A stretch of DNA of 64,000 bases from Myxococcota bacterium (GCA_040386535.1 JAZKFH010000023.1:1-64000); one strand, 5' to 3'. Shown: positions 35,442 through 45,518, numbered from the stretch's first letter. Notes: a model not told the origin generated them from the letters alone. A program made the numbers and translations.

Positions 35442-36884
35442 CTACCCGGCCGCCTCCGTCGTCTCCGCCTCCGCCCTCGCCAGGTCCTCGACCAGTCCGG
35501 TGAACAAGGCGCCGCCGGTGTCTCCGGCGCGCAGGATGGCGCTCGGGTGCCACGTGACCAGCACCCGGGTCGCCTGCGGGCCCGGCCACACGGCCCCGCG
35601 CGCCCGCCCGACCGCAACCTGCCGGCCCAGCAGGGAGTGGGCGGCTGTGGCCCCGAGGCAGACCACCACGCGCGGCGCCACCACGCGCAGCTCGCGCTCG
35701 AGCCAGCCCCGGCACGCCTCCACGTGCTGGCCACCGGGCCGCTTGTGCAGCCGCGCCTTGCCGACCCGCTCGTGGTTGAAGTGTTTCACCGCGTTGGTCA
35801 CGTAGACCGCAGCGCGGTCGATGCCCGCGGCGGCGAGCGCGTCGTCCAGCACGCGCCCCGCGGGCCCGATGAAGGGGCGCCCCGCGTGATCCTCCTCGTC
35901 GCCGGGCTGCTCGCCGACGAGCATCAATCGCGCGTCGCCCGGGCCCTCGCCGAACACGGTCTGGGTCGCGATGTCGCAGAGCGTGCACGCGCGGCATCCC
36001 CGCGCCGCTGCCGCGAGCGAGGCGAGGTCGGTCGCGCTCCCGGCCCACGCCCCGGCGTCCTTCGGCGCGAGCCCGGCCATCGCCGCCACCCGCGCCGGCG
36101 CCTCGGCAAGGAGCCGCGGGATCAGCCTCGTCTCGGGCAAGGTGGGCCAGTGGCGGGAGGGCAGCTCGGCCTTCATGCGGCGCTCCTTGACGCGCGCGGG
36201 GTTGAACGTGGCCGCGTAGTAGGTGCACCAGAGGTCCTGCATCGCGTCCGCGGGCGGCGCCTCTTCGCGCGGCACCGGCGGGCCGTAGCGCACCTTTCCG
36301 AGCAAGGACTGGCCGTCGTACCAGGCGCAACCACGCGGCCCGAGGATCGACCAGCGCATCGCCCCGAAGCGCCGCGCGAAGAAGGGGGCCGCCTCCTCCA
36401 CGATCCAGTGGTCCGGCCGGTGCCACGCGACGAAGGCCTCGCCGGCCGGCGCGGTCGGGTCGTCCACGCGCACGAAGCGCACGAACGCGTGCATCTTGTG
36501 CACGTCCCGACGCACCGCGTGCTCCCAGCGCTGCAGGGCGTGCACGTCGTCGTCGACCGCGACCGAGAGCAGCTCCGGCTCGCCGTGCGTCAGGCGCCAC
36601 ACGATCCGGTAGAGCACACGCCAGCGCGCCGGGTCGTCGAAGCACGCGGCGACGCGGGCGCGGTCGAGGAACGCGCGCGGGACCCGCGGCGCCGGGCCGA
36701 GGGGGGAGGGGAGCGCGGGCGCCGAGGGAGTCGCGAGCGGGGGCGCGAACAGGCCCGTGAGCGCGCCCTGAGCCTCGCCCTGGGGCATCCAGGCGACCTC
36801 GTCAGGGGGCACGCCGCGCGCGAGCAGGTCCCGCGCGGCATCCCGCCACGCATCGAAGCGCGGGGCGAACGGCACCGCGATCAT
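35442..36884 (-). CDS. udgX: DUF4130 (TIGR03915-type) domain fused to UdgX-type uracil-DNA binding protein
   Basis: N-terminal VRRDVHKMHAFVRF and FNPAR. C-terminal CRACTL, GEQPG, NAVKH, KARLH and TWHPS. Confidence 0.9.
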   Translation of the reverse strand: MIAVPFAPRFDAWRDAARDLLARGVPPDEVAWMPQGEAQGALTGLFAPPLATPSAPALPSPLGPAPRVPRAFLDRARVAACFDDPARWRVLYRIVWRLTHGEPELLSVAVDDDVHALQRWEHAVRRDVHKMHAFVRFVRVDDPTAPAGEAFVAWHRPDHWIVEEAAPFFARRFGAMRWSILGPRGCAWYDGQSLLGKVRYGPPVPREEAPPADAMQDLWCTYYAATFNPARVKERRMKAELPSRHWPTLPETRLIPRLLAEAPARVAAMAGLAPKDAGAWAGSATDLASLAAAARGCRACTLCDIATQTVFGEGPGDARLMLVGEQPGDEEDHAGRPFIGPAGRVLDDALAAAGIDRAAVYVTNAVKHFNHERVGKARLHKRPGGQHVEACRGWLERELRVVAPRVVVCLGATAAHSLLGRQVAVGRARGAVWPGPQATRVLVTWHPSAILRAGDTGGALFTGLVEDLARAEAETTEAAG

Positions 36885-38092
36885 CGCCGCCCGAACAGCG
36901 GCAACTGGGTGGCCACCTTCTCCTCGAGATCGGCGCGGTCGAGCCAGCGGAGGCCGGGGTTGTAGTCGTCGGTCACGACGAATGGGCGCGCACGCCCGAG
37001 GGCGACCCTCAGCCGCGCGAGGTCAACCAGCGTGAGGCGCCGGTGCCGCCGGGTCTCGAGGATCCGGTCGACGCTGCGGACGCCCATGCCGGGCACGCGG
37101 AGGAGGCGTGGCCGCGACGCGGTGTTCACGTCGACCGGGAACCACGCGCGGTTGCGGAGCGCCCAGGCGAGCTTGGGATCGACGTCGAGGCGGAGCTGCG
37201 GCGCGGCCTCGTCCACGATCTCGTCCACGCCGAAGCCGTAGCGGCGCATCAACCAGTCGGCCTGGTACAGCCGGTGCTCGCGGACGAGGGGCGGCCCCGC
37301 CGCGGGCATCCCCGACGGGCTCTCGGGGATGGGGCTGTAGGCGGTGTAGTAGACCCGGCGCAGGCCGTGGGTGCGCGTCAGACGGTCGGCCGTGTGCAGC
37401 AGCGTCGCGTCGGTGGCGGGGGTGGCGCCGACGATGAGCTGGGTGCTCTGGCCCGCGGGGGCGAACGAGGTGCCCGGCCTGGGCGCGGCGGCGTGGTCGG
37501 CGATCGACGCCGCGATCGAGGCCATGGTCGCCTCCGTCTCGTCGATGCGCTTGGCGGGCGCCAACGCGTCGAGATCCGCCTGGGTCGGGAGCTCGATGTT
37601 GGCCGAGAGGCGGTCGGCGTACCGGCCGGCCTTGGCGAGGAGTGCGGCGGAGGCGCCGGGCGCCGCCTTGAGGTGGATGTAGCCGTGGAAATCGTACTTC
37701 GTGCGCAACAGCTCCGCGACCCGGGCGAGCTGCTCCATCGTCTCGTCCGGGCTGCCCACGATGCCGCTGGAGAGGAACAGCCCCTCGATGTAGTTGCGCT
37801 GGTAGAACGACACCGTGAGCGACGCCACCTCGTCGGGTGTGAAGCGCGCCCGGGGCGTGTTGCTCGACAGGCGGTTCACGCAGTACCGGCAGTCGTAGAT
37901 GCAGTGGTTGGTCAGCAGCACCTTGAGCAGGGAGACACAGCGCCCGTCGGGGGTGAAGCTGTGGCAGATGCCCATGCCCTCGACGTTTCCGAGCCCCGCC
38001 TCCGTGCGGCCGCGCTTCCCGCCGCTCGACGCACACGACGCGTCGTAGCGGGCCGCCTCGGCGAGGATGCGCAGCTTGTCGAGCGTGTCCAC
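36881..38092 (-). CDS. Putative DNA modification/repair radical SAM protein (TIGR03916-type)
   Basis: Motifs YDASCASSG, CIYDCRYC, REHRLYQADWL and HhH LLRVPGMG. ATGA coupling to udgX. Confidence 0.93.
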   Translation of the reverse strand: MDTLDKLRILAEAARYDASCASSGGKRGRTEAGLGNVEGMGICHSFTPDGRCVSLLKVLLTNHCIYDCRYCVNRLSSNTPRARFTPDEVASLTVSFYQRNYIEGLFLSSGIVGSPDETMEQLARVAELLRTKYDFHGYIHLKAAPGASAALLAKAGRYADRLSANIELPTQADLDALAPAKRIDETEATMASIAASIADHAAAPRPGTSFAPAGQSTQLIVGATPATDATLLHTADRLTRTHGLRRVYYTAYSPIPESPSGMPAAGPPLVREHRLYQADWLMRRYGFGVDEIVDEAAPQLRLDVDPKLAWALRNRAWFPVDVNTASRPRLLRVPGMGVRSVDRILETRRHRRLTLVDLARLRVALGRARPFVVTDDYNPGLRWLDRADLEEKVATQLPLFGRR

Positions 38093-38106
38093 GCTCCCCG
38101 CGTAAC

Positions 38107-38123
38107 CTGCTCACCTGTTCAGG
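38107..38123. promoter_or_regulatory. Putative LexA (SOS) box, Myxococcus type
   Basis: CTGCTCACCTGTTCAGG matches CTRHAMRYBYGTTCAGS at 16 of 17 positions, 14 nt upstream of the radical SAM start. Confidence 0.75.
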
Positions 38124-38158
38124 CGCGAGCAGCGCCGGGGCAGTCTCCCGGAACGCCC

Positions 38159-39634
38159 CTACGCGCGCACCTCGTCGTAGCCGTGGATGACGAACGTGGT
38201 GCCCGGCGCGAGGAAGCCGCGGGCGACCATCTCGTCGAAGTCGCGCGGGTGGACGTGTTCGCAGCCGTGCGACCAGTCGAGCACGTCGAGCGCCGCGGCG
38301 GGATCGAGCAGCGCGTCGGTGTCGCGGAAGTAGGCGGCGGTGCCCTCCTGGTGCGGGGAGGAGTGGATCATGTGACCCTGGACGGTGCCCGTGCGCGTGC
38401 TCTTGAGCTGCCCGCGCAGGTGCCCGAAGTCGTTCAGACGCCACGTCTCGTAGACCTTGCCCTTGGTGTCGCGGTACGACGCCGCGGCGAGCGGCGGCGG
38501 GTTGCGCGTGGCGAAGGTGCCCTTGGGGCCGGTGGCGAAGCGCCAGGTGCCGTCGACGTCGCGGAAGCGCACCTCCCCGTCGACCTCCTCCAGCGGAGCG
38601 CCGTACGGCACGTAGGACCACGCCCACGAGTACGATGCATGGGGGCTGACCCGGATCACGGCGTAGGTCCCGGAGGGGGAGGGGCCGTAGTCGACGTTCG
38701 GGTTGTTCGGATCGTCGGCGAAGCGGTTCTGGCCGCCGACCATCCCGTACCGTTCGAGCTCGCGCCCGCCCTTCACCACGTACACCTTCCGCTCGTCGTT
38801 GCCCGGGTAGAAGTGGAGCTCGACATTGCCGCCGAGGCCGGCGCCCGCGCTCGGCCCGCTGACCCCCACCGCGGCGAGCCCGTGCGCCGCCAAGGCGTCC
38901 TCGATCGCGGCGAGGGTCGTGCGGTCGACGATGCCGCTCTCGGGCAGGTACAGGCGGTGTTGGAAGGCCTTCACCGCGGCCTCGGTGCCGGGGCCGAAGG
39001 CGCCGTCGGCCTCGACCCGCAGGGCGAGCTCGCCCCACTGGGCGCCGAGGCGGGCCAGCCCGGCCTGGATGGCCCGGTTGTCGTCCCGGTTCGTGCCGTT
39101 GCGCACGGCCACCACCTGGTCGGGGCGGATGCGGGCGCGGGGCGTCAGATCGAGCGGCTCGTGGCCCGCGGCGACGAGGCGCTCGTTGAGCCCGAGGAGC
39201 GTGGCGGTGTCGACCTGTCCGGTCTGGGGGAGGCCCGCCGCCGCCTGGAACCCCGCTACCAACGCGGCGGTGCCGCGCCCGTAGAGTCCGTCCGCCGCGG
39301 TGGGATGACCGAGGGCCGTGAGCGCGTCCTGGAGCGCGACCACCTCGGCGCGGGGCTGGTACATGTCGGGGGAGCCGCCGGAGGGCACGGCCGCGAGCAA
39401 CACGCGGCGGGGGAGCAGCGCGGCGCGACCGGCGACGAGATCGTCCACGAGGCGGCGCGCGGCGGGCTCGAGCAGATCGGTGTGTGGAGTGAGCGCGGAC
39501 CGCAGCTCCGTCAGCTCGTCCGCCGAGAGGCGCCCGTCGGCGCGCGCGGCCTGGAGGGCGAACAGGATGTCCTCGAGGTCGAGGTTGCCGTCTCCGACGA
39601 GCTGGGTGAGGCGGGACGTGATCGCGGTGGACAT
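38159..39634 (-). CDS. Peptidoglycan-binding domains plus a C-terminal YkuD/L,D-transpeptidase-like domain
   Basis: Two PG_binding_1 repeats (ADGLYGRGT..FQ, ADGAFGPGT..FQ) and HMIH...SHGC. No signal peptide. Confidence 0.8.
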   Translation of the reverse strand: MSTAITSRLTQLVGDGNLDLEDILFALQAARADGRLSADELTELRSALTPHTDLLEPAARRLVDDLVAGRAALLPRRVLLAAVPSGGSPDMYQPRAEVVALQDALTALGHPTAADGLYGRGTAALVAGFQAAAGLPQTGQVDTATLLGLNERLVAAGHEPLDLTPRARIRPDQVVAVRNGTNRDDNRAIQAGLARLGAQWGELALRVEADGAFGPGTEAAVKAFQHRLYLPESGIVDRTTLAAIEDALAAHGLAAVGVSGPSAGAGLGGNVELHFYPGNDERKVYVVKGGRELERYGMVGGQNRFADDPNNPNVDYGPSPSGTYAVIRVSPHASYSWAWSYVPYGAPLEEVDGEVRFRDVDGTWRFATGPKGTFATRNPPPLAAASYRDTKGKVYETWRLNDFGHLRGQLKSTRTGTVQGHMIHSSPHQEGTAAYFRDTDALLDPAAALDVLDWSHGCEHVHPRDFDEMVARGFLAPGTTFVIHGYDEVRA

Positions 39635-39715
39635 CGGGAAGCTCCGTTCCCGGCGTTGTACCACGACGCAAGCCCATCCCTCGCGCCCGCGCGAGCCGCC
39701 CCTCTCGGAGGACGC

Positions 39716-40606
39716 CTACGCGGGCTGCAGGATGCCCTTGAGCTCGGCGGGCAGCACGTTGAGGACGTGCCGCATCTCGCCCGCGGACACACGCTCCCCC
39801 AGCACGTGCACCACGGCGCGCACGGCGGCCTCCGGCTCCACCTCCACGTCCCGCCCGAGGCGCGCCTCGACCGCCGCCAGCAGGCGCTCGCGGCTCTCCG
39901 CGCGCTCCATCCTTCCCGTCCATCCTTCGTAGTAGATGCCCCGCACGGCGAGGGGCAGCTCTGACGCGAGGTCCGCCACCTCGGCGGCGGGGAGCTGGTC
40001 ACGGAGCGTCGCGAGCACGGCGTGGAGGGCGTGCCACGCCTCGCGCGGGTCGTCCGACCCGAGGGCCAGCGCCGTGTCCCGCACCCACATCCGGGTCACC
40101 TGGAGCGTGGGGGTCAGCGGCAACAACCAGCGGCTCCCCAGCGTCGCGTCCAGCCGGTACTTGCTCTCCTGCTCGGAGGCGCGCCGGTGGCGCGACACCG
40201 CCTCGCCGAGCGGCGGCACCTCCGGCTGCACGTCGATCTCGGGCCCGGCATCCGGACCTTCGAGGTTCACGCTCGAAGCGGGGTCCGCGGGCTCGTGGCG
40301 TGCATCGGGAGAGCGCTCGGGCAGCGCCGTGGCCGGGCCCCCGGTGATGTCCCGCTCCTCCACGAACCCGCCGGGGCCGAGCGGATCGTGGCCCGCCGCC
40401 GCTTCCTCCTCCTCGTCCGCCCGGCGATCGGCGCTCTCGACCGCGCCGCCGGCCACCGGATACCGATCCTGGCGCTCGGGCGGAAACCCCCGGATGTTGC
40501 CGCTGTCCGGCGTCGCGCTCGCGTCGGGTGCGGGCGTGCCACTCTCCTTCCGGGGCCCCGCCGGCTGGCCCGGCTTCCGCTCGCCCTCATCCCCGTTGCG
40601 TGCCAT
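39716..40606 (-). CDS. DUF2267 domain protein with a disordered N-terminus
   Basis: Motifs AWHALHAVLATLRDQL and LPLAVRGIYYEGW. GGAGG RBS. Confidence 0.8.
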   Translation of the reverse strand: MARNGDEGERKPGQPAGPRKESGTPAPDASATPDSGNIRGFPPERQDRYPVAGGAVESADRRADEEEEAAAGHDPLGPGGFVEERDITGGPATALPERSPDARHEPADPASSVNLEGPDAGPEIDVQPEVPPLGEAVSRHRRASEQESKYRLDATLGSRWLLPLTPTLQVTRMWVRDTALALGSDDPREAWHALHAVLATLRDQLPAAEVADLASELPLAVRGIYYEGWTGRMERAESRERLLAAVEARLGRDVEVEPEAAVRAVVHVLGERVSAGEMRHVLNVLPAELKGILQPA

Positions 40607-40773
40607 GCCGCCCTCCGCGTCGTCTCTTGGGGTAGCCACGCGGGCGGGACGGGCGGGTCGTGTTTCGTCGCGTCCGTTCCGACGAGGCCGTGGTGAGGAG
40701 GCCGCGGGGGAGGATGCCGCCTGAGGACGGCGGCGGGGTGTCACGGCGGCCGCGTCCAGGTTAGACGCCGGGG

Positions 40774-42762
40774 GTGCACGCCGACCCGGCCGGGCTCCTC
40801 GACGACCTGAACGACGATCAACGCGCCGTCGTGACCGCGCTCACGGGCCCCATGCTCGTGGTGGCCGGCGCGGGGTCGGGCAAGACCACCACGCTTGTCC
40901 GCCGCGTCGCCTGGATGATCCGCTCGGGCGTACCTCCCGCGTCGATCCTCCTCCTCACGTTCACGCGCGCGTCCGCCGCCCACATGCTCGGCCGCGCGCG
41001 CGGGCTCGTGCCGGAGGCGCGCGACGTGACCGGGGGCACGTTCCACTCCGTCGCCAACACCGTCCTGCGCGAGCTGCACGCGGTCTTCGGCCTGCCGCAG
41101 AACTTCACGATCCTCGACCCCGACGACGTCGAGCAGGCGGTGAAAGTCGCCGTCGCGGAGACCCCGTTTCCGGAGAAGGGCCGCGCCCCCCGCCCCTCCA
41201 CGGTGGCGGCCGTCCTGTCCCTGCGCGCGAACACCCGGTGCACCCTCTCCGCGGCGGTGGCGCGGCGCGCGCCCGACTACGCGGGGAAGGAGGCCTGGTT
41301 CGAGGCCATCGGGAACGCCTACGCCGCCTGGAAGCTCGATCGGGGCCTGCTCGACTACGACGATCTGCTCGTCTACCTCGCCCACGCGCTCGCCAACGCC
41401 GAGGTGGGCGCGTGGCTCCGCGCGCGCTGGCCGCACGTGCTGGTCGACGAGCACCAGGACTCCAACGCGCTCCAGCTCGAGATCGTGTACGGGCTGGGCG
41501 GCCCGGGGGACGCGCCCAACGTGATGGTCGTGGGCGATCCGGCGCAGGCGATCTACGGGTTCCGCGGCTCCGCGCCCGCCACCCTGATGCATTTTCGCGA
41601 GCGGTGGCCCGCGGCGCGGGTGTTGCCGCTCGAGGTCAACTACCGCTCGACCCAGCCCATCCTCGATCTGGTCAACGCCATCGACAGCGCGATGACGCCG
41701 CGCTTCGACCGCACCCTCACCGCCGCCTCGCCCGCGCACGCCGAGCGGCCGCTGTTGGTCGTGTGCGCGGACGACCGCGTCCAGTCCGAGGAGGTGTGCC
41801 GCCGCATCCTCGCCGGGCGCGACCAGGGCGTCGAGCTCGCCGACCAGGCCGTGCTCGTGCGTTCGATGTGGGCCGCGCGGCGGCTGGAGGCCGAGCTCAT
41901 CGCGATGCGCATCCCGTACCGCGTCGTCGGCGGGCTCCGCATCGACGAGGCCGCGCACGTCAAGGACGCGCTCTCCCTCGCGCGTGTGGTCGACAACCCC
42001 CTGAACGAGCCCGCCTGGGCCCGGCTGTTCGGGCTGCTGCCGGGCGTCGGGCCCGCCGCGATCAAGAAGCTCGTCGCGCACGTGCGGGCCGGCCCCGACG
42101 GCGCCGCGTCGGACCGGCTGGAAGGCGCCCCGTGGCCCCGGAAGACCGATCCGGCGCCGCTCCGGGAGGCGCTGGCGGTGCTCTCCGGCACGGGCCCCGT
42201 GTCGGCGCGCCTCCGTACGGCGCTCGTCGCGTTCGAGCCCGTGTTCGAGGCGCGGTACGAGGCCGAGTGGCTCGATCGCCGGCGGGATCTCGACGTTGTG
42301 GCGGGCCTCGCCGACGATCACGACTCGCTCACGTCGTTTCTCGCCGCAATCACCATCGACTACGGGCTCGACGCCCGCGAGCGGGGCGGCACCGCGCCCC
42401 GGCCCGAGGAGCGGCCCCTCACGCTCTCGACCATCCACTCGGCGAAGGGCCTGGAGTGGCACACGGTCCACCTCCCGAGCTTCGTCGCGGGGCACTTTCC
42501 GTCCCCCTACGCGGCGTTCCCCGAGGAGATGGCTGAGGAGCTCCGCATCTTCTACGTCGCGACGTCCCGCGCGCGCCGCCGCCTCGTGTTCTACCGCCCC
42601 GTCGTGGGCGACCACGGCATGTTGCGTGCCGAGAGCCCGTACGAGCGCCTCGTCGAGCCCTTCGTCGACCGGGAGGATCCGCCGCCGCCGAAGGGGAAGG
42701 GCCCCGCGGCCTTGCCGACCGTGCGGCTGGACATGCGCGCCGTCCTCCTCGGGAAGAGCTAG
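40774..42762 (+). CDS. UvrD/Rep-family ATP-dependent helicase
   Basis: Motifs AGAGSGKT, TFH, VDEHQD, VGDPAQAIYGFRG, NYRS, TIHSAKGLEW and YVATSRA. Confidence 0.93.
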   Translation: MHADPAGLLDDLNDDQRAVVTALTGPMLVVAGAGSGKTTTLVRRVAWMIRSGVPPASILLLTFTRASAAHMLGRARGLVPEARDVTGGTFHSVANTVLRELHAVFGLPQNFTILDPDDVEQAVKVAVAETPFPEKGRAPRPSTVAAVLSLRANTRCTLSAAVARRAPDYAGKEAWFEAIGNAYAAWKLDRGLLDYDDLLVYLAHALANAEVGAWLRARWPHVLVDEHQDSNALQLEIVYGLGGPGDAPNVMVVGDPAQAIYGFRGSAPATLMHFRERWPAARVLPLEVNYRSTQPILDLVNAIDSAMTPRFDRTLTAASPAHAERPLLVVCADDRVQSEEVCRRILAGRDQGVELADQAVLVRSMWAARRLEAELIAMRIPYRVVGGLRIDEAAHVKDALSLARVVDNPLNEPAWARLFGLLPGVGPAAIKKLVAHVRAGPDGAASDRLEGAPWPRKTDPAPLREALAVLSGTGPVSARLRTALVAFEPVFEARYEAEWLDRRRDLDVVAGLADDHDSLTSFLAAITIDYGLDARERGGTAPRPEERPLTLSTIHSAKGLEWHTVHLPSFVAGHFPSPYAAFPEEMAEELRIFYVATSRARRRLVFYRPVVGDHGMLRAESPYERLVEPFVDREDPPPPKGKGPAALPTVRLDMRAVLLGKS

Positions 42763-42778
42763 GCCTGCTCGAGAAGGC

Positions 42779-43597
42779 TTAGTCCCTCGTCGCGGCGCGA
42801 TCGGCCTCACCCAGCGCCTGGACGCGCGCGAACACGGCGCGGCTGACGGAGGCGGCGTCGGGTCCGAGCGCCCGCGCCTCGCCGACGGTGAGGGGCGCGC
42901 CGAACCGCACCCGCACGGGCTCCGCGGCGCCGATGCCGAAGTTCGAGAGCACCTGGCCCCCGAAGGCGTTCTTCAGGCCGAGCACGAACAGGGGGACGAT
43001 CACGACGGTCTCGGGGACCGCCAGGATGATCTCTCCCAGGCCGGCCCGCGCCGGCAGGTACGTGTAGGGGTCGGGGCCCTTGCCGCGCGTGCCCTCCGGA
43101 TGGATGCCGACCACGGCGCCGGGCGTCGTGAGCACGTGCGCGATCTGGTCGAGCCCCACGGGGTTGAGCGTGCCGCGGCGGTCGTCGCGGAACACCGGGG
43201 GCCACATCGCGCCGCCGGAGATCGCGAGGTTGACCAGGACGCCGAACGGGTGGTCGTAGAAGAAGTTCGACCGCACCGGGAAGTAGAGCCGCTCGAGGAA
43301 GCCGACGTTCTCGTACAGGAACGCGCTCACGACGTACATGTCGAAGAAGCTGCGGTGATTCGACACGAGGATGACGCCGTTCGGAGGCGCGAGTGTACGC
43401 AGCGGCTCCAGCCCGTCGATCGTGACGAGGTTGCGGGTGCAGGCGCGCACCCAGCGCGCGCTCACGTGCCGCACGATCCACTGCACCGCGGCCTTGGCGC
43501 CGCCGGGGCCGTTGAGCCCGTCGAGCAGGGGCACCGCGAGGCGCTCCACGCCGCGCAGCAGGTCGCGGGGCATCGACGGGAGGGTGGGCGGCGGCAC
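42779..43597 (-). CDS. Lysophospholipid acyltransferase (PlsC-like)
   Basis: Motifs NHRSFFD (HX4D) and HPEGTR. GTG start after AGAGGA. Confidence 0.88.
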   Translation of the reverse strand: MPPPTLPSMPRDLLRGVERLAVPLLDGLNGPGGAKAAVQWIVRHVSARWVRACTRNLVTIDGLEPLRTLAPPNGVILVSNHRSFFDMYVVSAFLYENVGFLERLYFPVRSNFFYDHPFGVLVNLAISGGAMWPPVFRDDRRGTLNPVGLDQIAHVLTTPGAVVGIHPEGTRGKGPDPYTYLPARAGLGEIILAVPETVVIVPLFVLGLKNAFGGQVLSNFGIGAAEPVRVRFGAPLTVGEARALGPDAASVSRAVFARVQALGEADRAATRD

Positions 43598-43608
43598 GGG
43601 CCGGTCCT

Positions 43609-45045
43609 CTACCGCGGCAGCGCTTCGAGGACCGCCCGCAAGTCGTCCACGAGGGCGTCGATCTGGGCCTGGTGGGTGCGGAAGGAGAGGACACACACGC
43701 GGATGACGTGGCGCCCGTCGACATCGACGCCCGTGAGGAACACCCGCTGGCGCGCGTTGACCCCGGCGAGCACGCGCCGCCCGATCGTGTCGACGGCGAC
43801 AGGATCCGTGACGCCCGGCGGCACCACGCGGAACGTGAACAGCGACAGCACGGGCAAGGAGACGATCTCGACGCCGGGCAGCGTCGCGATGCGCGTCATC
43901 GCGTCGCGGGCGAGGTCGAGCTTCTCGTCGAGGGTGGCGCGGAACACGGCGGCGCCGTGCATCTTGAGCGGCAACCACACGCGCAGGCCGCGGGGATCGC
44001 GCGACAGCTCGGGGCCGAGGTCGGCGAAGTCCCAACAGTCGGGATCGGCCTGCGCGGGCGGGAGGTAGCTGGCCGAGACCTGGTGGGCGCGCCGGAGCGC
44101 GTCGAGGTCGCGCACGACGAGCCCGCCGGTGCCGTAGGGGAGGAACAGGCCCTTGTGCGGATCGAGCGTGACGGAGTCGGCGCGATCGATGCCGGCGAGC
44201 GCCGCGCGGCCGCGCTCGGTGAGCAGGAAGAAGCCGCCGTAGGCGGCGTCGACGTGGAACCAGAGGCCCTCGCGCGCGCACACGTCCGCGATGGCGCCGA
44301 GCGGATCCACGGCGCCCGTGGCGGTGGTGCCGGCGGAGGCCACGACCATCGCCGGCGTGAACCCGGCGGCGCGATCGGCGGTGATGGCGGCCTGGAGCGC
44401 GTCGGGGAGGAGGCGGTGGACCGCGTCGGCCGGGACCTCGCGCACGTTCGCGTCGGGGAACCCGGCGATCCGCGCGGCCTTCTTGACCGAGTGGTGGGCC
44501 TGGGGCGAGGTGTAGATCGTGCCACGGAGAAAATCGGGGCCGAGCTTCGTGTGGCGGGCGGTGACGACGGCGGTGAGGTTCGCGATGGAGCCGCCCGAGG
44601 TGAGCACGCCGCCCGCGTCGGCCGGAAAGCCGACCATGGCGGCGAACCAGCGGATGACGGTGCTCTCGATCTCGACGAGGCCCGGCGCGGCCGCCCAGAT
44701 GCCGACGTACCGGTTCGTCGCGTCCGCGATGAGGTCGGCCACGGCGGCGTGGAAGATCCCGCCGCCCGGGATGTACGCGAGGTAGCCGGCGCCCGCGGTG
44801 TTCAGGCTCATCGGGAGCACGCGCTCGAAGAGCTGGCCGAGCAGGCGCCGGAACGAGACGCCGCCCTCCGGGAGCGGCTCGCGGAGCGCCCGCGCGAGCT
44901 TGTGCGCGCGGTCGAGGCGGTGCATCGGCTGCTCGGGCAACGACTCGATGAACGGCACGATGCGATCCATCGCGCGGTCGACCATGTCCCGCATCTCGTC
45001 GGAGGTGAGCTCGAGGGAGGCGGGCGGAACGTTGCGGCGGGGCAC
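43609..45045 (-). CDS. Group II PLP-dependent amino acid decarboxylase
   Basis: Motifs SGGSIAN, AGTTATGAVD, HVDAAYGG and DPHKG. Confidence 0.92.
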   Translation of the reverse strand: MPRRNVPPASLELTSDEMRDMVDRAMDRIVPFIESLPEQPMHRLDRAHKLARALREPLPEGGVSFRRLLGQLFERVLPMSLNTAGAGYLAYIPGGGIFHAAVADLIADATNRYVGIWAAAPGLVEIESTVIRWFAAMVGFPADAGGVLTSGGSIANLTAVVTARHTKLGPDFLRGTIYTSPQAHHSVKKAARIAGFPDANVREVPADAVHRLLPDALQAAITADRAAGFTPAMVVASAGTTATGAVDPLGAIADVCAREGLWFHVDAAYGGFFLLTERGRAALAGIDRADSVTLDPHKGLFLPYGTGGLVVRDLDALRRAHQVSASYLPPAQADPDCWDFADLGPELSRDPRGLRVWLPLKMHGAAVFRATLDEKLDLARDAMTRIATLPGVEIVSLPVLSLFTFRVVPPGVTDPVAVDTIGRRVLAGVNARQRVFLTGVDVDGRHVIRVCVLSFRTHQAQIDALVDDLRAVLEALPR

Positions 45046-45092
45046 GCCCCCCCCTATCGACCCGAATACGGTGGCGCTCCACCCGGACCGTC

Positions 45093-45518
45093 ATGTCCTC
45101 TCCGCGCACGCCCTTCGTCCACACGCACGTCGTCCGCTTCGCGGAGGTCGACCCCGCGGGGATCCTGTTCTTCTCCCGCGTCGCCGAGCACTGCCACGCG
45201 GCCTACGAGGCGTTCGTCTCCGCCGCGGGGCTCTCGGTACCGGCCTACTTCGGCGGATCCTCGTGGAAGGCGCCCATCGTGCGGTGGGAGGTCGACTACC
45301 ACGCCCCGTCCCGGCTCGGCGAGACGCTCACCGTCACGATCGCGGACGTGACCCGCGGCCGCTCGTCGCTCACGATGGTGTTCAAGGTCGCCGGCCCCGA
45401 CGGGGCGCCCCGCAGCACGGCCACGATGGTCGCCGTCTTCGTCGACGGGGAGCCGCTCAAGGCCCGCGGGATTCCGGACGAGGTGAGCGTCGCGTTCGAC
45501 CGTCTGCTGTCGGCCTGA
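45093..45518 (+). CDS. Acyl-CoA thioesterase (4HBT/hotdog family)
   Basis: Motif VRFAEVDPAGILFF. Confidence 0.88.
   Translation: MSSPRTPFVHTHVVRFAEVDPAGILFFSRVAEHCHAAYEAFVSAAGLSVPAYFGGSSWKAPIVRWEVDYHAPSRLGETLTVTIADVTRGRSSLTMVFKVAGPDGAPRSTATMVAVFVDGEPLKARGIPDEVSVAFDRLLSA

Noticed and set aside
40774..42762. Helicase as part of an anti-phage defence system
   Set aside because: It has no adjacent nuclease or ATPase partner, and its neighbours are metabolic or stress genes.
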